A stretch of DNA of 63,742 nucleotides, counting the filler, from Reticulomyxa filosa (taxonomy: Eukaryota > Protista > Foraminifera), in NCBI GenBank assembly GCA_000512085.1. It is 17 parts of 17 records of this genome, joined end to end, with 100 filler letters (N's around TTAATTAATTAA, not from the genome) between each part and the next. Parts side by side here need not be neighbours in the genome. Positions count along the whole stretch, not along the records: positions 48,083 to 53,591 come from ASPP01013401.1; positions 53,692 to 59,473 come from ASPP01009050.1; positions 59,574 to 61,201 come from ASPP01035234.1; 14 more parts are not named here. The stretch is one strand, 5' to 3'. The notes under the pieces are model-generated. The model did no database searches. It had not been told where the DNA came from and saw nothing but the letters and a program-made list of their open reading frames with translations. The first letter of the stretch is position 1, and every line of letters starts with the position of its first letter. This document shows, piece after piece, positions 48,923 to 60,480 of the stretch. Made by a program: the position numbers and the translations under genes.

Positions 48923-50326
48923 TCAGTGCTGTTCCTTTTGCTCATTATTATAGTACTTTCCAATCTTTACGTCTATTATACTATTATAACGACAATCATT
49001 ACTTGTTTCTGATTTTTCAATATTGCATGTTTTTGTGTCCATTAATCGTCGTTTTATTTGATAATTGAGTGTCCATTCTGTACTGATGGTATCTATACTT
49101 GCCAAATTTCTCTTGTTTTTTTCTTTATATTCAACATTACTGAACCTGGGAATGGCTGTTTCTAATTTAGCAATTACTTCTTTTAATTTTGTGATTTCTT
49201 TATAAAGTTCTGCATTTTTTGTTTTTAATTTATTATTCTCATTTATGTAACTAGTGGTAAAAGATGCAAAGCAACTTATTGCATTATTTTGTTTCAATAT
49301 CTGATCTTGTCGCAAAGATTGAGTTGCACAACTATCATTATTGGATGGTAAGATTAAAATTTGGTTATTATTTAAAGCATTAACAGCGCCCAAACTATGC
49401 AATTTAGTTTCATTTGCTGCTATTGCTTGTGATTCACTTTTTATCATATGTGTGTCCAAAATATTACCAGGATCACTTTCATTAGCATTTAAAACATGGC
49501 TAGAGTTTGCACGTTCGTTCGTCAAAACATGGCCAAAATTTGTATGATTGCTTGCATTTAAAACATGATTAGCACTTGCATGTTTATTTGTATACAAAAT
49601 ACAACTTGAATGTGCACGTTCATTTGTACTCAAAACACCGCCAAGGCTTGCACGTTGATTCGTGTTCAAATCATCATGATTTGCATGATCAACGTGTGAT
49701 TGCTCGCTATTTCCATTGATACCATCTTGTTTGAAATAAATTGAATTAACTTCTTCATCATTCAGAAATTTTTGCATTTCTATTTTGAGTTTTTTTATTG
49801 TTAATATAATTCGTGCGCTGTATTGCTTCATACGAGCTGGTCCATTTTTTTTAGATCGAAGTTGTTTGGGAAGATTAAATGCATCACGAAACGCTTTACA
49901 TTCAGTTGATCCGCATACACAATACGTGGGCATTTCTAAGCAAAATAATTCAACTGCACTGGACATATATCCATTATATTGATATTCATCGGCTACTTTG
50001 TTCCAGAATTCGATTTTTTTAGGAACATTTATATTAGCAAGTTTTCCGTGAATTATATCACGTCGGCACTTGCGACACATAAGATGTTGAGGCTGTGCTT
50101 CACAATTGCATATTAACAAATATCCCGTATGACCGCAGCAAATATGAGCTCGTAAAGACGATAAGTCTGTAATTGAATGATTTTCTTTTTGCTCATTGTT
50201 ATTAATGTGCGAATTCGATGGCAAAGTGCTTGTAGCCGGATTTTCTTTTTGCTCATTGTCATTAATGTGCGACTGTGATTGTAAAGCACTTGTGTTTGCC
50301 ATATTTTCAATTTGATTACTACTCAT
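48923..50326 (-). CDS. Intronless orphan protein: 20-aa duplication, Cys/His cluster (PHD/ADD-like), ~12-aa repeats, coiled coil
   Basis: 476-codon ORF in very AT-rich DNA; ICCGHTGYLLICNCEAQPQHLMCRKC..YCVCGSTEC; ENNKLKTKNAELYKEITKLKEVIAKLE. Confidence 0.7.
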   Translation of the reverse strand: MSSNQIENMANTSALQSQSHINDNEQKENPATSTLPSNSHINNNEQKENHSITDLSSLRAHICCGHTGYLLICNCEAQPQHLMCRKCRRDIIHGKLANINVPKKIEFWNKVADEYQYNGYMSSAVELFCLEMPTYCVCGSTECKAFRDAFNLPKQLRSKKNGPARMKQYSARIILTIKKLKIEMQKFLNDEEVNSIYFKQDGINGNSEQSHVDHANHDDLNTNQRASLGGVLSTNERAHSSCILYTNKHASANHVLNASNHTNFGHVLTNERANSSHVLNANESDPGNILDTHMIKSESQAIAANETKLHSLGAVNALNNNQILILPSNNDSCATQSLRQDQILKQNNAISCFASFTTSYINENNKLKTKNAELYKEITKLKEVIAKLETAIPRFSNVEYKEKNKRNLASIDTISTEWTLNYQIKRRLMDTKTCNIEKSETSNDCRYNSIIDVKIGKYYNNEQKEQH

Positions 50327-50570
50327 ACTCGAAATAATTTCTCTTTGATGCAAAAAGAAATCTTATTCCAATATGATCAACAAAAAAAAACTTAGTTCTT
50401 TAAACCTTAATTTTTTTAATATAAAACAATTATTTCATACGCTTGTATAAATTTTTCTGCAAAAAAAGCCAAAAATCTATCGCTTTTCGATAAAAGTATG
50501 TAATGCCTGGCAAAATAATTTAAGTTAAAAAAATTAAGGGAAGGAATCTAATTTTTTTTTTTGGCATTTC

Positions 50571-51073
50571 AGTGATAGCATTCCATATTGTTCGATATTG
50601 CAAAATAATTTCCCAAAAAAAGCGGAAAATGTAGTCCAAGACTCCAGCTACAATTTCCGCTTTTTTTGGGAAATTATCTCGCAATATCGAACAATATAGA
50701 ATGCTAACATTTAATGGTTTAATTTTTTTTTTAGAAGTACGTTTTTAAGTGGTAAGGTTAAAATTGTTCAATAGTATTTTTTTTTTCAAAATTTAAAATT
50801 TATTTGCTTTCAAAAATTTTTTTTTATAAAATTTAGAATTTATTTGTTTTGTCTATTTTAAAATTTTTTTTTTTTGAAAGGGCAGATGTTTTTTTTTTTT
50901 TGCATTGGATCTTTAATCATTGATATATAAAAGTTGTAGATGAATCAAGGATAGCAACCAAGGCCAACGTCAAGGGCAACACATTTTCCGCTTTTTTTGA
51001 GAAAAAATCTCGCAATATCGAACAATATGGAATGCTAACACTTAATGGTGTAATTAGTTTTCTTTAGGAGTAC
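50571..51073. repeat. ~60-bp-arm inverted repeat (50576-50634 / 50648-50706) with a second direct copy of the right arm (50981-51073)
   Basis: TAGCATTCCATATTGTTCGATATTGC..AGCGGAAAATGTAG pairs with CTACAATTTCCGCT..GCAATATCGAACAATATAGAATGCTA. Confidence 0.92.
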
Positions 51074-51487
51074 AACTAAATGTTTTGCTTGTTTTTATTT
51101 TTAAAATTTCGTCAATGTAATCATCTGGGAATATTTTTTTTATTATGAATCAAAATATATCGTGTTCAAAGAATGAATTAAGCGTTTGTTATGCATTTTT
51201 GTTTCAAATTTTTTTTTGATTTATAAAATATTTAGTTTGACAGTGTCATTCAGTTAAAGATGGTTATGTGTACAATAAAGAACCTGATGACTAAATTGTG
51301 ATTTTTTTGAAATAATATCTCGTTCTTTTGCTTACGAATAAGGAATTAGAAAGTATTTTTTTTATCATTGGAAAATAAATGTAAAACACCAATTTTAAAT
51401 AAATAAACAAAAAAAAATTTGTTAAAATGTTATGTCCTCATTTTGGAGGAATGAAAAAAACTGAAAGCAATGATTTTTTCTTTTTCA

Positions 51488-53069
51488 TTACAGTAGGTGA
51501 TATATTTCAATCTCTTTTACTTTAAAATTGGATGCCCCTGCCAAAATGGTATTGTCGTACGGTCCTTCGTAACTATTCTGCTTGCAACTACTCGCGATAT
51601 TTTCGTTACACTTGTCACTGATAAAAAGGTCGCCTTCACCTATTACAATTGAAATAAAAAAATATCATTACATATTTAACTCTCTATCTATATATATGTT
51701 TTTCCATTACCAAATTTTAGACCGCGTCTGCCTCCACCAATGGTATTGTTTTTTTTTTCTTCTTTGATTAAAAACTTTTTACAACTATTATCTTGGCCTC
51801 TCCGCAATGAATACAAAAATGAATTAGGATCATACGAAACAACGCGTTCTGTTTTATACTTATACCACGCCACCTCCGTATACCCACCAAAAATATGATC
51901 CAATTCAGATAATACAATGACAACTGTCGGTTTTTTCCCGTTGCAGTTGTCACGAAGGCTTATTGCAGTAAATCGCTCATTACTCCCACGATATAATAAT
52001 TTAACTCTACTGTAATTGTTTGGCAGTAATGATTTTAACATATCTATTTCGTTGCCTTTGATAATACATGAATCGCTAAAATTATCATTAACATATATAA
52101 GATAATCTTTTGAAAATGGAGTGCATGGAATTCCGAAGCGGCAAAATCTTATTTGTACATTATATGTACCCCCCCATTCGACATTTATTTTTCATCATCA
52201 CCATTAATTGGAATGGTTCCAATTGTGCTCTCTTTTGGACAAAGGGTACTTATGTACCATTTGGCACTGTTATTGTTTTCACTATATGATGACAGTTGCA
52301 ATTCAAGAGAACAATGATCGCCTTTAATTATGTTATTCGTGCGCCAGTGCACTAAAGCATGTGGATTACCACTACTTGTTCTTCCTATAGTAATGTCTAC
52401 CACTTGGACGGATCCCCGTTCAATAATAACCAATTGTTGGCTAAATAATTGTGCCAACATTTCGGAAATGTTGTCGTTGGTGTTGTGTAATTGTATTGAA
52501 ATTGCTGGGTCAAGGTGGTACATTGTTTCATCGATTTGAAAGAGGATGTAATTAGATGTTAGTCCATTTGTGTTATATTTGTCCAACTCCACAATATCAG
52601 CAATTTGTTTGTGCAGCTGTTTTGCTCGCTTTTTTAGGTCTTGCGAATAATCAATAAATTCGTTATTTTTTCCTTCTGTATAACGTCTTATATTATGCAA
52701 TGCAACCTCTTTTTTTTCTTTTAGTAATGCTATGCTCTCATCAAAAAGATCTTCGACGGTTTGCATTGCTTTGTCTTTGTTATGTTTTAAATTATCCATA
52801 CAGCACTGCACACGACTTTCTTCTTGAAATATGAGTAAGAGATCTTTTTGTATTTGCCCTATTTGGCATTGCAAGACGGGAGATTCAGTTGTTATGGTTT
52901 TAATCGTGAAAACTGGTTGTTTTTTGCGAGTTTTGGATGCTTGCTGTTTGGTTCTTTGGTTTATGCTTTGCAGCTTTGCAGCTACAGAATTTTGCTTAGG
53001 CTTTGTGTCTTCCAAATGATGTTTTGGAATTGCCTTTGAGGCATAATTTCTCTGATAATGGAAGCTCAT
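51488..53069 (-). CDS. Coiled-coil + FN3-like + TLDc domain protein; one frame switch at ~52185-52190 and one intron
   Basis: FSDSCII..LLP..KLLYRGS..CNGKKPTVVIV..IFGGYT..W..SFLYSL, final exon GEGDLFISDKCN..LAGASNFKVKEIEIY; complete TLDc. Confidence 0.88.
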
Positions 53070-53721
53070 GTTCGTAAATATATCTATGGAAATGCCCTTT
53101 TGTTGGGAACTTATTGCCACTTTAAAAATAATTACCACATTGCAAATAAATGTATTAATAATAATGTAAATCTCTGTTCTATTAATTTTGATATCTCATT
53201 ATCAAAAACTACTTTTTTTTAACAAATAAACCGCATTTTTTCACTTGGACGACTTTTTTAATATTTTTTAGCAATCAATGCAATAGCTGCTAGTACTAGT
53301 GACAAAGATACATAATGGAACAAATAAAACAAAATGAATATTTTTCTACAAATTTACAAAAATAGTATAAAATAATGAATTTTATTCAATTTAATCTCCT
53401 ATTGATAATATTTGTAGAAAAAAAAAATGGAAAGCCACCTGATATTAAAGAATTGAACGCGATTCATAAAAGCTTACAAAAAAAATCTTTCAATAAAAGG
53501 CTTTGAAAGTTTGCTAACAAAAGTACTCAATAATAATAAGAATGATTACGAATAATTTGTCTTTGAACGACAAATTATAGTATGTTCCAAANNNNNNNNN
53601 NNNNNNNNNNNNNNNNNNNNNNNNNNNNNNNNNNNTTAATTAATTAANNNNNNNNNNNNNNNNNNNNNNNNNNNNNNNNNNNNNNNNNNNNTTTTTTAAA
53701 AAAAAAAAAAAAAAAAATTTG

Positions 53722-54362
53722 CTGTACGTGCATATGCCTGCAAAGGTCATGACCACAGCTAGCAAAATAGAAAATGTCACTTTGGTATCTCCCAATGTGT
53801 TGTAATACTTCAAATAAAAAGATTCCTTCTCGGTGCTTGCTAATGTCGTCAGCCAGACTTGCTTCGCGTTGTCTCGGTTATATTGGTAAGTAAATAAAAT
53901 GTGCCAAAGACGATAGGAATCAAAACATGCAATAACCACCAGTGTTACCACTTCTACCGTAAAAAAACCTTTGCGATTTTCTTTTAATATCAACTTGTCA
54001 ATTATTTGCATTACTACTATCGCTTTTCATTTTTTTTTTTTTTTAGGTGATACAAAAGACAAACAAAAAAAAAGCTATTCCATTCTGCTGTCACTTAAAA
54101 GTGAACTCAATTAATATATTGACCGATCTTGTTTGCACACATATGGTATAGTGCATATGCACTTCTTACCTGTGTTGTAAACCAAAATGGATACAAACCA
54201 TAAGATACTCAAAATTGGCTGTCTTCCTCGAATAAAACACACTTTTCGATAGCTGTAGTATTGTATTAGTTCGTGCACCGCCATAGGACATAATATCAAT
54301 AACGAAAAACACAGCCAAACTACAGCTGTGATTTGAACTGGAGTTAGATCAGAAGGAAACAT
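53722..54362 (-). CDS. Multi-pass membrane protein, 5' part (possibly 7TM/7TM-RGS type)
   Basis: Hydrophobic helices VWLCFSLLILCPMAV, PILSILWFVSILVY, VVTLVVIACFDSYRLW, VTFSILLAVVMTFAGI; one GT-AG intron. Confidence 0.55.
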
Positions 54363-55095
54363 TATTCTGAAAAATATATTAAAATGTGTTCGATTATGAG
54401 ATTTCTTGTCCGATCTAACTCTAAATATTACGCAGCACGACTAAGCATAAGGAGATACCTCGCTTCCTTTTTCTTTTCACACTTTCCAACTTCAGTTTTG
54501 ACACAACTTTTAAAAATTTGATTGTTGAGATCACAAAATTAAATGACTGAAAGAAATCAATTTCAAATAGATATAAATGCATTACTGTTCAAGCAAAAAA
54601 AATTATTAATACTTCCTATCCGCTCTACAGTTTCTTAAAAAAAACAATCTTAAACTATAATTTCATTCTTATCGAAGTAAGTTGCGATGTTTGTGTTATA
54701 AATTGACACTATATAATGCATTTTTAGTAAAAAATAACTGATTTCGAGTTGGTTGTTATATTATATATTACCCCAATAAAAATAACAAATTATTTAAGTT
54801 AATAATACTCAGCAAAATAATTAAATTAATGTTGAGGAAATGTGATAAACTGTCAGATCTGAGAAAATCATTACTTATGCCCTTAAATTCTATAAGTATC
54901 ATCACATACTGTAGATTATACAAATAAAAATGACAACATAAATTCCATCGTAATGTAAATACTAAAATATTTATCGCTTGAAAAACGGATAATAAAGAGC
55001 ATTTTCTTGTCCAAGCTAAAGTTTAAACAGGCTCAGGGTCGATCAGGAGCTTCTCCATCTGGAAAAAAACCTTTGTGAGCGGATAGATTTCCGAA

Positions 55096-56073
55096 ATGTC
55101 AAATCAACAAATGGAAGACCAAAACGAAGATACTAAAGCGCCTTCATACTCGTTGAAAATTCATCATCATACAGTTAATTTACCTTTCATTAAGTGCGAA
55201 AAAAGGAATTTTAAAAAAACAAAATGAAAACATGAAACGCAGATTCCAGGCAGCTTTATATTTCGAAAGAATGGGCGTAATCGCATCGATCAAGTATTGA
55301 GGGGATATTGTCTCCATCATCAATGCACGGGAGTACTGGAATGTAAAATAAACTTGCATTTTGTAAATCCAAAATCCATAAAATACGACGCAACCGAAAA
55401 AGGCTTTCATATTGACACAACACAAGACGGCCGACGAAAGTATGACTTGTTTATAGAATATCCACAAAAAGATAAATATGGACGAGAAATAGTATACGAT
55501 TTATCCGACTTGAAAAACATGGAGGCGACCTTTTTCAATGGCGTATTGAGTTGCCGTCTACCAGTAATCGAAATAAAGGCCAAAAAAGTGAAAAAAAGAA
55601 AGTTCTCGGAATTTTCCAAAGAGGAAATTGGTGATTCTAACAAACCAACTGCGAGTAACAAAAAGAGCAAAGTACTCTCCAAGAAATCCAAAAAAAAGCT
55701 TGCAACTGAAGCTGAGGATGAGAATAAGAATGAAGAAGCTGTTGCTATTAAAAAACCCGGCAAACCTGAATTAAGTGTGACGGAACAAACTCAATTGGCG
55801 GATGAAATTGTGAACAAAATTGAAAAAACTTTGAAAGAGAAACACGAGAAAGCCGCAGAAAAAGACAAAGAATTGATGGAATATTTAGATCAAAAGAATA
55901 AGAGAAAATTAATGAAAGAAAAGAAAAAAGAACTGGCCAAATTGATATTCCAAAATCGACAAGAAAAAAATAAACGCAAACGACTCCAATCTGCTCTTGA
56001 AACGATGACTGAAAATACATCCGGCACTGGTAAAGCCCCTTCCAAGAAAAAAAAAGTCTCGTTCAAATTGTGA
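55096..56073 (+). CDS. HSP20/CS-fold domain + Lys-rich tail protein
   Basis: MEATFFNGVLSCRLPV resembles the A.F.NGVL.I.LP motif; intron 55174-55242; C-terminal KKKKVSFKL. Confidence 0.6.
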
Positions 56074-56473
56074 GCAACAAACATATCCTTTTTTTTGGAC
56101 TGTTCTCTTCTTTTTGGACCGTTTGATCATTATTTTGTTGTAATCCCTTTTAATACATTTTTCTGCGTTATTTGACATGCCCTATTGGGTTTTATCTGTT
56201 GATTTATGAAACATTAATGCCAGCAATGACTATTGTCGGTACTATTAGTTTTCAAAAAAATATATTCAAACACTCTATATTAAAGATCGAACGTCTTTTT
56301 TTTATTTTAAACATTTGTACAGCACATTTGAAAATTGCCAAAATAAGTTTTAAAGGATTTACATCCTTTTCAAAAAAAGTTCATTATAAAGAAGTTAATT
56401 AAGTAGAAAAAAAAGACGTGTGAAACAAAAATTTTCTTTTGAATCATGCGCCATTAAAAAAGTACAAAATTTA

Positions 56474-58518
56474 TCAATGCTCACACAAACTAAATTCTCT
56501 CTCATAAACTTGGTCGTTAACTCCATTAACATAAAATTTTCTGCCAAACATCAACTTAGACCGATGTTGCTTAGCTTCCTCCAATGTAAGTGTTGGTACA
56601 TATTCCATAATGATATTGGCAACATCTCGATTCAAGACCGAATCTAAGCAAGCGTGAACAGTTTGGCCAATTAAATGCTGCTGTTGAATAGGAACATCTT
56701 TGGTGCTTAAAATACGATGTTGTGGATCAATTAGAAAGAACACCAATATTTTTCGATGGCCTTTGCCTCCATTTGCTTGTTTGTCTTTCAGCTCAAAGCG
56801 AGTGACACGATGTTGTAAATTGTTGGGAAAGACAACGCATTTCCCATGTACGGTGTGAACAGCACCTTGATGTCGATTCAGGGGATCACCGTTTGTCATT
56901 TGATACTCTTTCCACACTCCAATGTGATCATCCTGCTCATACGCGATATCATCCTCTTCCAATTTGGTTCGAAATTCCAAATATGAATCTATCCATTCAT
57001 TTATGTGATTATAAAATTCAACACAGCTGAGACGATCATCATTATTTGTACATTTATGTTTTAGGTAATGACAGAGTTTCGGAGATCCAAACTTTTGACA
57101 TTGACCACGTCATAATAAAAAATTCCACTGGCAATGATATGTTCGTGAGGTAATCCTTCGATGTGCCATACTCCGCCTTTATACTCGGATTTCTTGGCAT
57201 GTGCGTCCAAATGGATATTAGCTAGTTTGACAATCACTTGACAATTATGGGGTAACGGACTGTCCAAAATTTTTTCAAACATTGGAACAAAAGCAGCAAA
57301 TACTCTTTCAATTATTTCATACAACGGTTTGTGTTTGCCCTTATCCAAATTATTTATGTACGATTCAAACTGGGCTTTCACTTTGCCTTCCGTCGTAAGG
57401 ATTTTGACCTCCGATGGGAGCCATTGATATCTGCTGTTGCTTACTATTTGCTCTTTCACGTCCTTCATTCTCATCCATTCGTACGACATGCTGCGTATTG
57501 CCTCCTCCAACTCCTTCTTGTTGGATCCAAACGCCTTCTCAAATTGCTCCTCGCCAATTGACACCGGTGAAACGCCATGAATGTAACAAAACAAAGACGG
57601 ATGAACTAAATCCAGCACCATTTCTTTTGTATCGGGATGCCAATCTTTGCAACAACAAATAATAATGAAAAACAAAACAAAAAAAAACACTCACGCAATT
57701 TCGATGTTTTCCTTTTCACTTCTGCACTTAAAAGTGAATTTGTTCACTAACCTTTATCCTCTTCTCTTTTTGGCTCGAGATGCTTCGTGACATAAGTGAT
57801 CAATTGCTGATGCAAATGCAGATCAATCAAATTTGGGTCTTCCAACACCAGTGTCGATGGTGGGGTAGGGACCTTGCTATAATCGATGTCTCCTGTTGTC
57901 AACAACGTTTTGTCACGCATTTGTTTTAACATCGTAATCGCACTTTCAAAGTCTCCAACTTTCATGCTTTTTTTTGTTGCTTCTTTTCGCCATTTTGTCA
58001 CTATCTCTTCGTTTTCGATTTTTTTTTCCCACTCATCCTTCTCCTTTATTGCTTCTACCAAATTTCTCATTTGATTTTTGCTGTTCCAGTCATTATCATC
58101 TTCTTCAAACCCATAATCACTTGATGTCAATGTTGGTAGCGATGATGTAACGTCACTTTCTGCTTCTCCTTTGAATTCTTTTTTTTTATAATAATTTTTT
58201 GATTTAAAAAATGCTTATGTTCTGCGTTCCAGATGTCTTCTTTAGAAAGTTCCAAGAACACGCTTTTTTTCCCAATTTGTGGAGACTTTAAAAACCTGCG
58301 TATCTTTTGTTACAATGACGACGATGGGTTGTGGGCTTAGAGCGATCTGTATTCTCTTTTGCGTTTTCACATCGCGTACAACAGAAATCTGAGCCTTCCT
58401 CACGTGGACGACTGCAGCCCTTTGCACAGAGTGAAGACGAGGGATTTGCTTCTTTCGTTGTAGGTTCTTCCTCACGGCTAGTATTTAAACCTGAGATATC
58501 AGAAAGATGGCGTTTCAT
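56474..58518 (-). CDS. DUF4246-family putative 2OG-Fe(II) oxygenase-like protein, 4 exons
   Basis: DWHPDTKEMVLDLVHPSLF, YQWLPSEV, SYINNL, QVIVKLANIHL..YKGGVWHIEG..EHIIASGIFYY, VFPNNLQHRV..GHRKILVFFLIDP, FSLCEH*. Confidence 0.92.
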
Positions 58519-58824
58519 TTCTTTCGGAGATGTTTAGAAAATAAAAAGTTACGATTTGCTGACAAATGTTCCCAAAAAAAAAACTTAAAAAACTATTTGA
58601 AAAACCTAAATGTTAAACAAATCTTTTTTGCAAACACAAAAAATTCTAGTGAAGCAAAAAGCACATATAAGGAGAGTTTAGCCTTATCCATGAGACAAGA
58701 CACTGTAATAGTAGTTTCTTGTAATCGCTATAAGCCAAAATCAATGAATTCTTTATTTACTAAGTGTCACATGCCATATAAGAAAATATCCACCGTGTTT
58801 TCACTTGAGTAATATCTGGAAAGT

Positions 58825-59460
58825 GTGAGCAGTCCGGGAGGGACTTTTTTTAAAGCCACCCTTTTGGTGTCGCAAAATGGAGGTTTTGAATCATTTTTTA
58901 AACAGAATAAAAGTTTGGAGGTTTACTTTTATGTACCTTTATCATACAAAATAAAGCTGATTTTTGGACTTGGTCAACACTGCACCACAACACAAAAGAC
59001 GAAAGATTTATCCTTTAACGCGTTTCGAACACAATGGCGTCGAGCACGATTGGAGTATATATTTCTGTTGAAGCATCCGGGCGAATCCCTGGAGCACTAC
59101 TTATTGGAGATGTACTCATTCCTAACAAATTGCATTTTCTTTGAGTACTTTCAACCGCCACCGAAAAGGCTGGACATATCGATTATGTGCATATACATTT
59201 TGTATACATTAGTGACCCAACAGCCCATTTTTGAGCAGAATAGTAAGATCACCTTTATCCCATTGCCAGAATGTTACGTTTCACTTTTCGTTTGTGCTCC
59301 CTTCCTTGCACTTGTGTGTTGATGTAGCATTCTCCCTTTCCGAGTTGCACGTCACCAAGACTGAGCGTGTAATGTTTGTACGTGTGTGTGTGTGTGTGTG
59401 TGTTGTGAACGTCATAAATAGTATTTGGTGGGATCCATTGGTGGAGTTATGCAATGTTAA
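58825..59460 (+). CDS. SNAPC1: snRNA-activating protein complex subunit 1 (SNAP43)-like, partial; start uncertain
   Basis: LSFNAFRTQWRRARLEYIF...YFQPP..ISIMCIYILYTLVTQQP parallels the SNAP43 F..F...W....F..IF...YF.PP......YLLY.L...Q pattern. Confidence 0.65.
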
Positions 59461-59979
59461 ACAATGACAACATNNNNNNNNNNNNNNNNNNNNNNNNNNN
59501 NNNNNNNNNNNNNNNNNTTAATTAATTAANNNNNNNNNNNNNNNNNNNNNNNNNNNNNNNNNNNNNNNNNNNNAAAGTGGCAAATCATTGTCAAATTGTT
59601 GCTGATGGAAAGCCAATATAACAAATCATGGAGCCATACTATAACGTGCGTCTGTCATTGAACAAATATCGATTTTAGTAACGGCGTGCGTTGGATATGG
59701 ATCATGGTGTTGCGCTTTGAATGGCGTTAATTTAAAAAAAAATTGAAGGCCTCAAATTTTTGATTAAAAAATTTCTTTTTGTGTGAGCCGAATTGTGCAT
59801 TTTTGGTGAGAAATTTAATTTACTTAGCCTAGAAAGATGTCAGGCGAGCTGAAATTATTATTCCAAAAAAATTTCTGAATATTTTAAAAGAAAGTCGAAA
59901 ATATGTAAATATTGATTTTGTTCATCTAATTTTCACTTGCATCTTTGAAAAACTGCAAAATACAAGACTGGAAAGGACA

Positions 59980-60480
59980 GAAATATTTTGGGCCGGATTG
60001 GGACTTCAACATTAACAGGCTCCGTTGTTTTATCTTTGAAATAGAGTGGTTTAAGATAAGTGCTTTTCAAAAAATTGACAAACATTTGCCACCATCACTC
60101 ATTGCCAAATCATTGTTATTCCGTGAATTTTTTATGTTGCATTGCATTTGTATTTACGTTTTGCAATGGTTTTTACTTTGGTTTTCAATACAAACACCAA
60201 TTGATTCAAAGTATATGTTGTCTTCTGCCTCTTTTCCTGGCTTCACAAATGCTGTTTCCATTGCTTCTTCAATGCCCGTTGGTTCATTTTGTGCTCTCTT
60301 TTTGCTCGCTGTAAATTATCTCTTGCACTTGTCCATCCTTTCGCTTTTTTCTCGATCCCATATAAATCTTGTGTTGAGAGAAATTCTTGATATGCCTTCG
60401 GGTCACTTGCTGCCAAGTCATTCAAAAATTGCCATAACCACAAATTAAACGATGAAAAGGGTAAAGTATATTGATCCAAT
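59980..60480 (-). pseudogene. PIH1D2-like N-terminal fragment, disrupted
   Basis: LWQFLNDLAASDPKAYQEFL matches the W..LDDLA.SDP..Y..FI motif, followed by VCIE and MFVNF in other frames with stops. Confidence 0.45.
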
